Shown here in pieces: positions 24,701 through 36,700 of a stretch of DNA of 64,000 bases (position 1 is its first letter; every line of letters starts with the position of its first letter). The position numbers and the translations under genes were made by a program. The DNA comes from Cyanophora paradoxa CCMP329 (taxonomy: Eukaryota > Plantae > Glaucophyta). Location: NCBI GenBank assembly GCA_004431415.1, contig QPMI01000245.1, positions 1-64,000 on the forward strand, in the 5' to 3' direction. Under the pieces are notes generated by a model, which saw nothing but the letters and a program-made list of their open reading frames with translations, did not search any database and was not told where the DNA came from.

Positions 24701-24996
24701 CGGTCAGGTGCGGAAGATGCTGGGCCCGATCGCCACCCCCGACATCATCCTCCTCACCACCGCCCTCCCCAAGACCCGCTCCGGCAAGGTCCGGCCCCCG
24801 CCCCGCCCCGCCCCGCCCCTCAGCGCCGCGGGGGCCGGCGGACCGACGCGCTGGGCAGATCATGCGGCGCATCCTGCGGAAGATCGCGTGCAACGAGGCG
24901 GACCAGCTGGGCGACGTCTCGACGCTGGCGGACCCCAAGGTCGTCGACGTCCTCATCTCCCTCGTCAAGTCCGTCGCCTCGGGCGGCAAGCAGTAG
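21792..24996 (+). CDS. acs: Acetyl-CoA synthetase (AMP-forming)
   Basis: [98 protein letters not shown]. Confidence 0.97.
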
Positions 24997-25537
24997 CGCG
25001 GCCTGGCGTGGCTTTGCTTGGCACTGCTTGGCCTGTCCAAGGACCTCCGCGCTCGCGGCGAGCGGCGGGTGCGGCGCCCGCGCGGCGCCGGGCGCTCATG
25101 CGCCCCCCTTCTTTCAATCATTCAATGTCGCCTGTGTTGTGCACTAGTGTAGCTCGGGACGGGTTGTGTATCCTACGTTGCGTGTCCATGTTAATATTAA
25201 GAGAGTAAGCCCTTTATGACCCAAAATGTTGTCGTGCGCGCACATGGCTCGGATCGGGGAGCTGCCGAGTTGCTGCCCGCCGGGACGGCTGCATGCACCA
25301 GCCCCCGGCATGCGCACGGTCCCGGAGTCCCCCACGCGCCGCAAATTCGAAGCGCAAACGGGTTAAGCAACGTTCGGGGTGCATACAAATATATTTTCGA
25401 ATTCAAAAGAAGGGCACAGAATCGGAAAGGGCGCATCAGGGCGGAAGGCTCTACGGGGGAAACGGAGGGGAGGGGCCCGGGGGCGCGCAGGAGGGGCCGC
25501 CCCCGGCTGTACAGGCGCAAGCAACGGGTGCGCGGGG

Positions 25538-26902
25538 CTAGACCTCGACCTCGTGGGAGGCCGGGTCGAGGCCCTCGGGCCGCCGGAAGTAGTGCTCCTC
25601 CAGCGCCCGCCACTGCCCGCCACGTCGGCCCGGGCGGGGGAGGGGCGGGAGGGGCAGGCGGGGGAGGGGGCGCACCCTGAGCATGCCCTCGCGGACCTGC
25701 ATGCCGAGGACGAGGATGAGGAGCCGGATCATGACTGCCGCGCGAGCGCCGGCCGGTGAGACCGCGGCGGGCGGGAACGGCGGGGCGGGGCGGGGCGCCG
25801 GGGCGGGCCGGCGCACTCATGATGCTCAGCTCCTCGAAGGCCCCCACGCTGCGCCCGGGGATGCCCCGGTCGGACGAGGGGGCGGCGCCGGCGGGGCGGG
25901 AGCGGGCGGGGGCGGGGGCACCATATGCTGACGCCCTCGAGCATAACGAAGAGGGTCAGGACGTGCACCTTGCCCTGTACGCACCCCCGGCCCTCAGCGG
26001 CCGGGCGGAGGGGACGGAGGCGGCGCGAGCGGGATCGTGGCGCGCCTTGACTGCCCCAACGAATCCTGTGCGAGGGGTCGGCGGCGGGCGGTGGGCGGGG
26101 GGCGGGGGCGGGCGGGGGCGGACCGACGAGGTCGACGGCGACGGGGACGAAGAGGACGAGGCACTGGAGCGGGGAGGAGGGCCCGCCGACGCGGTTGAGC
26201 AGCGCCAGCGCGAACATGAGGCAGAGCAGGTAGTACGAGCACTCGAAGCAGAGGAGGAAGAGGAAGGAGCGCCGCCGCCGCAGGTACAACGCGTACTCCA
26301 GGTGCATGTACGGGTCGCTCTCGTCCCCGAGCGCCGGCGACGGCGACCGGAACGCCACCAGCGCCGCCCGGATGCGCGCCTCGGCCGCCGCCGCCGCCGC
26401 CTCCGCCTCGTCGTCCTCGGGCGGCGGCTCCGGCGGGGGCGGCTTCGGCGCATTCGGGTCGACCGCCATGCCGATGACCGTCCCGTCGGGGCCCTGGATC
26501 AGATACATCGGCGACGGCTCCGGCCGCGCCCCGCCCGCCCCCTCCGCCGGCGACCGGCTCGGGCCCGCCTCGGCTGCCCGCGGAGCAGAGCCCGAGGGCC
26601 CGGGGGCCGACGAGGAGGGCTCCGGGGCGGGCGAGTCGGGCTGTTCGTCCGACGACAGCGAAGACGCCGACGTCGGCTCGCTCTCCGTCAGCGACGCCGA
26701 GTCGGAGAGGGACGCCCGAGCGTGCGGCTCCTCCTCGAGCAGCTGCGCGCGGGCGTCAGGGAGCGGGGGGAGCATTAGGCGGTGGCAACGAGAGCATCCT
26801 CGAGGGTTCGGGCCGGTGCTACGGAGCGAAAGGACCGCAGAAGGGCGGGACAAGGGCGCAGCTCACCGGATGCCGCTCGTCGCCCCGCCGGTGCTGACGC
26901 AT
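25538..26902 (-). CDS. Hypothetical membrane protein (disordered N-terminus, about 4 TM segments)
   Basis: MRQHRRGDERHP/LLEEEPH..., YLIQGPDGTVIGMA, then hydrophobic segments SFLFLLCFECSYYLLCLMFALALL, CLVLFVPVAVDLVGFVGAV, VLTLFVMLEGVSIW, AVMIRLLILVLGM; stop after HEVEV. Confidence 0.6.
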
Positions 26903-27469
26903 CGCAACGACGATGGGCAGGAAGAAGGAGGCAGCACTGCCGCTGACGAAGGGACGAACGAGCGCAGGTCGCAGCCGATCGGCCGGGGCCTTCTCGGCGA
27001 CAAAACGCTACGCGCTGCACGCTAGTGCCGCAACGACGGACCAGGGTGCGGAAAGCCCGGATGGAGGCTGCACTACAGAGCCTACAGAGCCTAGTAACAG
27101 AGGGCGGGCGGGGGTACAGCGCATCACCTCCAAAGTCAGAGCCTCCGGTCCCAGCGCATCGCCCGGCTCGCGAGCGGAGCTCGCCGAACCACGAAACTGC
27201 GGCAGCGCGCGCTCATGCAGTGCGATCCATGGCCAGCCGGAGCATGCGAGTCGGCTTCTATAGCTAACACCGACCGGGCCGGGCCCTGCAGCCGCTGCAT
27301 GCCGCTTACGGCCGGGCAGCCGCTATCTAGGCATGCCGCGCCTCCGTCCCGCGGCCGCCGCGCGCCCGTTCGCGGTGCGCGCGCATGCGCATGCGCATCG
27401 TTTGTTGCCGGCTTTATTGCCGTCCTCGCTCCGAGGCTCGCTAGATCTAGATAACGCAGCGCAGCGGGG

Positions 27470-27860
27470 CCGGGGGAGGCGTAGCGAGTCGGCGGCCGCG
27501 GGCGGGGCCGAGGCTCGCGATCGGCGGACGGCGGCGCGGGCGGCTCGCCATGCGGCTGCGGGGCGGAGTCCCGGACGCGGCGGGCGGCGGCGCGGCTTAC
27601 CGGGCGGGCGGAGGCGCGGCGGGAGGGCGGCGCGGTTCGCGCTGGGCGGGCGGAGCCTCGGAGGCGCGCCGCCGCGGCGGGCGGCGGCGTGGCTCGCCGA
27701 CCGGGGTGGAGGCGCGCGCGGCGGGCGGCGGCGCGGCTTGGCGGGACGGGCCGGAGGCACGGCGGGCGGCGGCGCGACTCGCTAGGGAGGCGCGGCGGGC
27801 GGCGGCGCGGCCCGCCAGGCGGTGTGGAGGCGCGGGGGGCGGCGGCGCAGCGCGCGGGGC
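27470..27860 (+). repeat. Degenerate G-rich minisatellite, core GGAGGCGCGGCGGGCGGCGGCGCGGCT, about 7-8 copies
   Basis: The core recurs with short variable linkers. Confidence 0.6.
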
Positions 27861-29270
27861 TTTTGAATTTGTACATATTCTGTGCGGCCTTTCCATTTCG
27901 GTTTCGCTAGCGCTGCTGCGAAATCGAGCGTAAGCTGCAGATCTAGATGCTGTCTCTATAATTATATCGAGCCCCTTCCCGCCCGGACCCCACCTTGCAC
28001 ATCCTGAGACGAGCGGGGGGCGAGCGCGAGTTGAAGACCTAGTATTATAGTAGTATATAGCCTAGCTAGTACGTAGCTAGATATATCGATCTGTCTTAAG
28101 CTTCGAATTCGAATTCCCTCGAGCTCGTCTTCGAATCGAATTCCGGCCGGGCGCGTGCGGCCGCGGGCTCGGGGCCGGGCGCGATCAGATCCGATCGCCG
28201 GCGCGGGCGCCGGCGCCCGTCCCTCGGCCCCCGGCCAGGGGCGCTCGGCCCCGGCGCCGGCCCCGGCCTGCGGTCTGCCGCGGCCGCGGGCTAGCGCTCA
28301 GCGGCTAGCGGAGCGCTAGCGGCGGAGCCTAGCGCGGAGCGCCGGAGCCCTGCATGAGCGCTCCGAGGCTCCGGATCCGCTGCGCTCGCACGTGCACTGT
28401 GCACAGTGCACAGTGCACACGTGTGCACTGTGCAGTGGTGCCGCAGGTGCGCGGCGCACAGCCGCGCATGTGCACTGCGCATGCGCGCACCCGCCCGCGC
28501 CTGAACTTCGAATTCAAAGTTCAAAATTTAAACAGTGAATGCGCGTGGCGCCGGCGCGGCCGTTTCGAAATTCGAATTCCGGGCCCGAATTTCTGTTCCT
28601 CGGAATTTCCGGATCCGCCGGCGCCGGTTCAACGGCACATGCATGTGCAGCTAGTTAGTAGTCTGTACCCCCCTGAAGCTTGCAGCTCTCGAAAGCGCGC
28701 GCCTCGCCGGCGGCCGCCTCATGTCACTGATGATGTCAGGCTCATGATGGCCCTCATCAGTGAGCGGCAGCCTCACCAGCGAGCATCCCGCGAGCCTAGC
28801 GCGAAGCTCTAGATCTATCGTAGGATTCGCCGTCAAGTCGTAGCACGCGGACCGGGACAAGCTATAGACGGTCCGGAGTCAGCCAATTCGCGATCATCAG
28901 CTGCAGCTGCAGCTGCCACAGTGCAGCTGTCATCACTGTCGATCGTAATTATATAAGAAGCAGATCTAGAAGTGATCAGAAGCAGCCTGCAGCTGGCGCG
29001 CCGGCAGGCACCGCCATCACGCCGCGGCCCGCGGCCGCCCCGGGCCGCGGCACCGGCACCTGCAGCCTTCGTGACCTCTCCTTGCCAGAGTCCTTGGCCT
29101 AGGGGATGCAGCCGCGGCGCCGGCCGGGCCTGAACATAGTATAGGCGAAACCGCGAAGATCGGCTGGCGGCGAATAGGCTGCTGGCGACTGCAGACAGCC
29201 CTGTACGCGTGACCGCGGCGCCGCGCCCGGCCAGCGCCGCGGCGCCGCGGCTTCCGAAGACGCGCACGCC

Positions 29271-32200
29271 ATGGCCAGCTGCAGCACCGTTACCGCCGTC
29301 GGCCGCGAGCGAGAGGTGAATCTCGCAGTGCGCGTGGCGCTCGAGGCGCACTGCTCCCGCTGGACGCTTCGATTCCATGGGCGCCCCCGGCCGCGCGGGC
29401 GGCCGCGGACGTCGACGTCTGCGGACGGCGCCGATGGCCAGGACCATATTGACGAGGAGCTGCATGCGGAACTGCCCGTGCATATGGCCAGCCGCGATCG
29501 CGACAGGCTGCGAGACTCGCCGCTAGAGCGGTGCGCGCACCCGGCCGCGCCCTATCCCGTGCTCGTGACACACGCAATTCATGCCATCGATATCGCGCAG
29601 GCGGTATGCGACAGCGAACGCGGCCTCGCGCGTGCTGGTCGTCCGCTGGGTCTCCGTTTTAGCCATCATCTATCTGGCAGTCCACGCTGCCGTCGAATCC
29701 GGCATCTTCGCACTCGCCCAGGCGCGCCTGCGCATGCGCCTGCCGGCCGTGAGCGCCCTCGAACCAATCGCATGCGCCTGAGCTCAGCTCGCAGCTCTTC
29801 CCCGTACCCTTCTTTGTCGCCCTGATCGCAGTCAGCTTCAACACGCCACTCTTCTGCCACGTCTTCGACTTCGCCGCGACGGTCTGTATTCTACTCCTCT
29901 CCGTAAGCCAGGTCCGCGTGCACCCAAGATCCTCTACTCGCCCGAGCCGCCGCATGATCGCCCCCTTGAGCTTCCCCGCTGCAGCGGAGCCTCTACGAGT
30001 TTTTGGTTACCCCCGGCGTGCATCATGTCAGCATCGCCTGTAATACCATGCTATGGGTCCGAACCCCCTCCCCCGGCCCCCCCCTCCCCCCCCCCTCCTC
30101 CCCCTTCCGCAGCTGCAAGCCGCGCGCCAAGCTGAGTCTGCGGGGGCGCAGATCATCAACACCTACTTGGGAGTGCGGTGTGACTTACTTTATTTCCCGC
30201 GCTTCTTCCCGCTTGCCTTTTTCTAGATCTGATGCTTCCTGTCGGCTGGCAGGTTTCATGTCTCGGTTATCGCCACTGTATTTCTGGTCGCGGAGGTGCG
30301 TGGGGGCTTGTCCTGTTCCAGGTAATGGATTAGTGACCCCCGCCGCAGTCGATTTGGCCACAGCTTGTGCTGTGGGCGGCGAGGGGGCCGGCGGCGCTCG
30401 TGAACTGGTCCTGGGGCCCCCACATTTCCTGCGCCCTCAGCGGTGCAATTGCCACCGCCGCCTCCTACGTCCGGTACGCAGTAAAATTTCAGCTATTTCT
30501 ACAGCCAGCGCTCGCGGCCTGATCATGATCTTGATGCTGTCGCTCGTGGCAGGGACCGCGGTGAGCGGCGGCTGTTCCTTCTGACTGAGCGGAGCGCTCG
30601 GGCGGTGCGCTTCCGCGCGACTTGCAATTGCAGCCGTTGCGTCGCACTCACTTCCGCCCGCGCAGGCCGCGCTCGCGGACCGGGACGCCGCCGCCGGCGC
30701 GTGGACGGAGAAGGAGGCTTCGAGGGACGAAAGCCTTCAGATCAGCTTACGCATCACAAGAACAGCGCCGGGCGACGGGGTCGGGGGGACCCCGGCAGCC
30801 GCTTCGGTGGCGCAACTGCAGCTGCAATCGATATCCTCGAGGTCGGGCCTCCAAGAGCCGGTCGCTGCAGCTGACGCCGGGGCCGGCCTCGCTTCCATCC
30901 AAGCCGACCTGCCGCCACACGCCGCCTTGATCGCGGATTGGCCGTTAACGTCGGCATCGACCCCTCTCGGATCCGGAGACGGCGACCCGGCGGCGATTCG
31001 GTCGCAGGAGGCTGGCGACGCCACCGGTTTGGGCGGCATCGCCGCAGGCACGATGTTAACGCTGGCGCCCGTGGCGGAGATGCGGCGCTCGTCCCGCTCG
31101 CCGCGTCTCGCGCGACAACGGCTCTCGGGCGACCCGTGGCCTTGGCCATTGTCGTCGATGTCGCCGCAACGCTCGCAATCGGAATCGCCCGTGGAGGGAG
31201 CCAGCGCGGGCGAGTCCGTGCGATCCTTGAGCTTGCGGTCCTTGCAGCTGCCCTCGCGATCGCCCTCGGCCGTCTCCCTCGTGCGCCCGGGCCCTCCGCC
31301 CTGCGCAACCCCGCCAGCCCGCCGACGCCGACGCCGACACCCTCGTAGGCCTCGGCCCAGCCTCTGCTCCCCGCTCTGCGCCGCCCGCCCGCTCCGATGG
31401 CGACGTCGTCGCCTGCGACCGTCCACGCGGACCCAGATCTCGACCTCGAGACGCGCCCGGCGGCCGGGATCGAGGTGGAGCTCGATTACAGCGTCGTGGC
31501 TGTGCGCGAGCGGATGCGGCGGAGGTGCGCGCCGTCGGTGCCGTCCCGCACATAAGATTCAAGCGTTCACGTGCTCGCGGCGGCAGGTTCGTGCGGGCGA
31601 TGCGCTGGCTCTTCCTGGGCGACAGGCTCGAGCCCCCCGAGCTGGAATCGCGCTACAAGGTCTTCTTTCACGAGCTCGCGTGGCAGCGGTGCGCGCTTCG
31701 CTCCGGATCCGGCGCGAAAGCGCACTCGGTCAGGCGCGTGCGCCGCCGCAGGGTGCGCCTCTTCGCGGGCCCGCTCACGGCGGCCTACTTCCTCTCGGTG
31801 CTGGGCTCGCTGCTGCTGCTCCGCGCGGAGGACGGCTCCGCGGCGCCCGTCGCCGGCTACCTTTCCGCCCGCGCCTCGGACCTCGCCTTCGAGGTCCCTA
31901 CCCCCCCCTGTAGCTATATATAGCCCTCCCCTCCGCAGCAACCGAGGGCATCCGTGTTCGCCGCGCCCAGATTGGGGTGTGCGGCACCGTCCAAGTGCTG
32001 GGCGTGATCACGATGCACCTGCGGCCTCGCGCGCTGGTGCGCTGGGTCTCCTGGATTACCGCCGCCGTCCTCCTGCTCACCCAGGTGCGCATGCGCGCTC
32101 AGCGTTTCGTCCTTGCCGCGTGCGGGCGCCGCTGACGACGCCACCGCGCACAGGTGGCAGCCCTCACGTCGCTGCGTCGGATCGTCTCCGTTGGAATGTG

Positions 32201-32642
32201 GGAGTTGAGGCAAGTTCGAAAGGAGGTGCGACAGCGCGGCCGCGGATCGAGCGGCCCCCCGTCCCACCCCGCCCGCAGATGTGGACCAAGCTGGCCCTCG
32301 CGTCGGGCCTCATCTTCCTCCCGCCCGTGCTCTGGGTGCCCACCCGCGGCTTCCTCGCCTGCTCCGCAGTCTTCCTCCCCTACGCCGCCGTCGCCCTCTT
32401 CGCCGGCGTCACCGACAAGGTCTACCTCCTGTGCGCCAGAGCCAGAGCCGCGCCCAGCAGAAGTAATAGTGTGCCGCCTGCAGCTGACCGCTGGCTCGAC
32501 TCTCAGGAACAACGTCAGCGCGTACGTCGGGTTCTTCGTGTGCGGCACGCTGCTGAGCCTTGCGACCTGCTCGCGCCTCGAGTCGGTCCTCCGCCGCCGC
32601 TTCCTCCTTGAGGTCGACGGCGTCGCCGCCCTCGCCGAGTAG
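29271..32642 (+). CDS. Polytopic membrane protein with two adenylyl-cyclase-type multi-TM anchor modules and a Ser/Pro-rich linker; no cyclase domain
   Basis: Module 1: RWTLRF...SPLER/RY followed by hydrophobic exons. Module 2: LEPPELESRYKVFF followed by about 6 hydrophobic segments, ending RLESVLRRRFLLEVDGVAALAE*. Confidence 0.55.
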
Positions 32643-33216
32643 ACGCCCCGGCGCGCCCCCCCGCGCCCCTCCCCTCCATCGGATCCCCTCCTCGATCATG
32701 CTTCCCCATTCTTTCCACCTCCCCGGCCCGAGCCCCCTCGTCCGGATTCACTCCTACTGTCACTTTTCACGACTTTCCCCGGTGCTTTTCATTGAATTCA
32801 TATCATTTTATTGCTGCTCTCGGTCATTTTATCCGCAGTGCTGCTCTCATATGCCTTAGCTTATTGTAATCGCACTGTAGCTAGTTTACGGCTTGCGCGT
32901 GCAGTCATCACTCGCGAGCGGCCTGGCACATGATCGCTTTTTCATCGATCATGCTCTAATTATATATATAATATTAATCAATATAATGTACTCTCTCATC
33001 GAGCGAGCGCTTTTTTTACCGTACCCCTCCCCCCGCCCCGCGCCCCGCCTCGAATGTAGTCCTGCATTAAATATTCGTTACACGGGGTACACGGCGTTGC
33101 AGGCCGGCGCCTGTCAAGCTTTTCGCGCCCTTCTAGATCTATTCGCGTCCAACTGCACGGGACGTACGCGCGCGTACGCAGCTCGGTAGGAGGTACAGGC
33201 CTAGGGAGGGACCTAG

Positions 33217-33357
33217 CTATATATAGTGCCCGAAAAGCTCGGTGATGAGGGCGACGCCGTACCCCGTCGCCCGCTCGCCGCTGTGCACATGCACGGGGTA
33301 GGCCGTGTCGACGTGGACCCACTTGCCCGCGAAGTCGCCAAGGTGGTCCGCCAGGAA
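33217..33357 (-). pseudogene. Orphan last exon of an M17 leucyl aminopeptidase (NPEPL1-like)
   Basis: FLADHLGDFAGKWVHVDTAYPVHVHSGERATGYGVALITELF*, preceded by a branch point and acceptor (gctgac...cgcag) but no upstream exons. Confidence 0.7.
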
Positions 33358-33420
33358 CTGCGTACCCCGTCAGCTGCAGCGTCAGCGTCTGCGGGCAGAT
33401 GAGGCCGCGGGCGGGGCGCG

Positions 33421-33540
33421 CGGGCGTGCCTGCAGCCGTGCGGGCACGTGGTGTGCGGGACGTGCGGGCCGGCGGTGCTTTACGGGGAGGGCGCCTGCCC
33501 CGCCTGCGCCTACCTCCTCGACGCCCTCGACGACGATATA
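33421..33540 (+). pseudogene. RING-finger (C3HC4-like) C-terminal fragment
   Basis: ACLQPCGHVVCGTC...GACPAC; in-frame stop just upstream and the first CxxC pair is absent. Confidence 0.55.
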
Positions 33541-33743
33541 TATTGCAGCGCCAGCGCTCGATTGCAAATTAAACTGCTTTCGAATTCGGTTCAATTTAAG
33601 GGCATTAATATTCGCGGGCATATTTATTTCACACAATTCTCGCAATCAACTGGCAATTGCAATCTGAATTCATGATTATGATCATGATCAAAGCTGAATT
33701 CGAAGGTGCTCCGATCCGATGATCATGACCTGAAGCCGCCGGG

Positions 33744-36700
33744 CTATAGCTGAAATCGCGCGAGCCCCAGCAGGGATGCGAGGAGGCCGGAGACCAGAGG
33801 AAGAATTGCGCCGAGTCCCATCGCGATTGACGCCGCGGCCGAGGGAGTGCTGGCGGTGGCGGTGTAAGGGCCGAGCTTGAGGGTGCGGGCGGCCACGGTC
33901 GCCTGGACGGCGTCGGCGAGCGCCTTGCCCGTCGCGTAGGCGCCGCCGCCGCCGAACGAGGCGGCGACGAGGACGCCGCTGCCGGTGCAGGAGATGCCGG
34001 CGATGGCGACCTGGGAGCGCGAGACGGGGCCCCGCAGCGCGTTGACGGCGACGTACAGCGCGTCCTCCGCCTGCGCCCGCCCCCGGAGAGCGTCAGCGGA
34101 ATTCGTGTCGAGAATTTCGAGTTTATGAGCGCGAGCTTCAGCGCACGTCGAGGAGGCCGGAGGGGAGGGAGGCCATGTACGCCTCGCACTGGGCCTGGGT
34201 CGACTCGAAGCGGATGGAAAGCGCCGCGGGGGCCGCCTGCACGGCCGCCGCCGCCGCGACGGGCGGCGTGTATGTGAACGTGCCCGGTGCGTACACCTTG
34301 ACGACCGGGTCCGCGATGCCCGAGGCCTTCGCCCCGTTGACCTGCGGCGGAGGCGCGTCAGACGGCTTTTCGCGATCAGTGCGATCGAGCCGCTGATCAT
34401 GAGCATCGCGCTCACGGTGACTTGGCCGGCGGTGACGGCCGTCTTGAGCGCCGTGAAGAGGGCGGAGGCGCCGACGGAGCCGGTCGTGCCGCCGGCGGTG
34501 ATCTGGTCCCGCACGACGACGCCGAAGGCGCCCGTCGTGGCCAGAAGGCGGCGGGTCGCCTTGCGCCTGTGGGCGCGAAATTTGAATTCGAAATTAGTTT
34601 GAGAAGTCGACGGCGCAGCAGGCTAGGAATGCGTAGAATTCGAAGCTGCGCACGCGTTCTTGCAGTCGGCGTTGCCGACGGTGATCATCGAGTCGTCAAA
34701 CTTGTCCTTGTCCGAGCGGCCGTTGTTGAGCGTGTCGAGGAGGCCCTTGCGCTCCTTGTTCGGGTTGAACGAGTGCTTCCAGTCCTTGCACTGCCCAAAG
34801 ACCTCGTGGTCAGCTTATAATTAAAACACAGTCGCATTCGCACACTGTGACAGAGTGACGTCGACAGACGATGTATCCAGCTGCAGATATAAATGAATTC
34901 AATTAATATTGGAAGCGCACCTTGCTCTCGGTGTCGAAGCTGGTGGAGATGGTGGTGGACTGCTCGGTGACGTTCGACTTCACGACCACCGTCGACGTCG
35001 GGCCGGTCACGCCGGCCGTCATCGCCGCGTCCGGCGTGGCGCTCGTCGAGTTCGACGCCGCCGCCGGCGTCGGTGTCGGCGGTGCCGGCGCCGCAGTGGG
35101 GCTCGGGCTTGGCGTGGGCGTCGCCGTCGCCGGCGCCGGGGTCGCGCTCGGCGAGGGCGTCGGGCTCGGCGACTGCGCCGAACGCTGAGCGCAAGAACTG
35201 CGGCGGCTCGCGACCGCACTGCGCACCGGAGTGCCGGAGGGGCTCGGGCTGGGGGTGGCGCTGGGGCTCGGGCTGGGGCTCGGCGTCGGAACCACCACCG
35301 TGACGTTCAGCCGGTGCGCGAAGACATACGCCGCCTTGAATGTCGAGTAGGTGTCAGTGAGGTTGCCCCATGCGGAGTAGAAGATCGGGTAGTCGCGCGT
35401 GCCGGTCTGCGCGAGCGCTGGGAAAGGGAGAAGCGCTACCGACGCCGAACTCTGCGCGTCGGGGCTGGAGGGAATATCGCGATGGATTAGTCCATTGAAA
35501 TATGCTCGAAATAATGCGCGCTAAAGACTGCAGCTGCGCACAAGCATGCCCTTAGATTGCAATTGTATACGTACGCATACTCAGATACTGTATTTAATTT
35601 TCGAACTCTTAAATCTCGGCATATTCATGCGAATTGCAGCGCACTTGGCAACGGACGTGATCCTCTCGCCTGCTACCTCGACGCCGGAGGAGTCGTACGA
35701 CGCGATGTACCTGGTCGTGTCCGACTCCTGGATCTGGGCCAGCAACCGCCAAGGCCCGTACCTGTCTCGACACTGACTCAGCATATATATATATATATAT
35801 ATATATATACTAACAAATGGCGCTCGAAGTTTGCACACGCACGTGCTCGTCACGATGGCGAGCCCGTTGACGTAGGGGGGCGTCGTGCCCGCGAAAGTGG
35901 TGAAGTTCGTCACCGTGACTGAAGCCCCCTCGATCGCCACCTTGCAAAATTGACCGGCCACGAGGCAGGAGCCTCGCAGTTTGAGGAGGCCATGGCCAGC
36001 CACAGCAATTGCAAGCACACGCAGGAGCGCGCTGCACCTTTATGATTCGGGAGGGAAGCGCCGGCCAAATCATCGCCGTTGAAGCCCTCGCGCTCACCGA
36101 GTCACGAGTGGCCTCCTTCAAGGCGCTTGCCGGCGCCTCCGACAGCCGCCGTTTAGTCTTCCGACCGGAATCATGATCATCGAATATATATATAGAGAGT
36201 TTAATACGCATGTGCGCATGCGAGCTCTCGATTTGAGAAGCCATTAAATCCAGCGCGCGCACCGCGGCGGACGTCGGCTTCCCACGGACGCCGGTGTAGA
36301 CGTGGATTGCGGAGCCGACTGCCTCGACGGCGATCGAGTTGGCGCGCGGAACGTAGTCCGAAGCGAAGGCAGTCTTCGTGAAGGCCGCAACGAACGTCGA
36401 GCTCCCTCCTGAATATCGATCGATATATCATGATCATGCATATATGTGATCAAGAATGCATCATTAATTACTACGTATACGTATACGTTAGAATTGCAGC
36501 GTTAACGTACGCGTGTGCATCGAAAGGATCGGATCCGGGGCGCTAGCAAGCTTATAATTAAGCGATTCAATGATTTATGAGCACTGATCATGAGTAGCAC
36601 CTGTCGACGGGACGGTGATGAGGACGACGCTGTTGGCGGTGGCCTCGCTGTCCGTGAACTGGCTGAGGGATCGGCGCGCGCTTGCAGCTACGCAGGCGGG

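Noticed and set aside
1-24996. ADI and acetyl-CoA synthetase as a metabolic gene cluster, or bacterial contamination
   Set aside because: They are separated by unrelated genes, and both are densely intron-containing eukaryotic genes.
27470-27860. Repeat with variable spacers as a CRISPR-like array
   Set aside because: Repeats are degenerate and low-complexity, spacers are short and irregular, there are no cas genes, and the context is eukaryotic.
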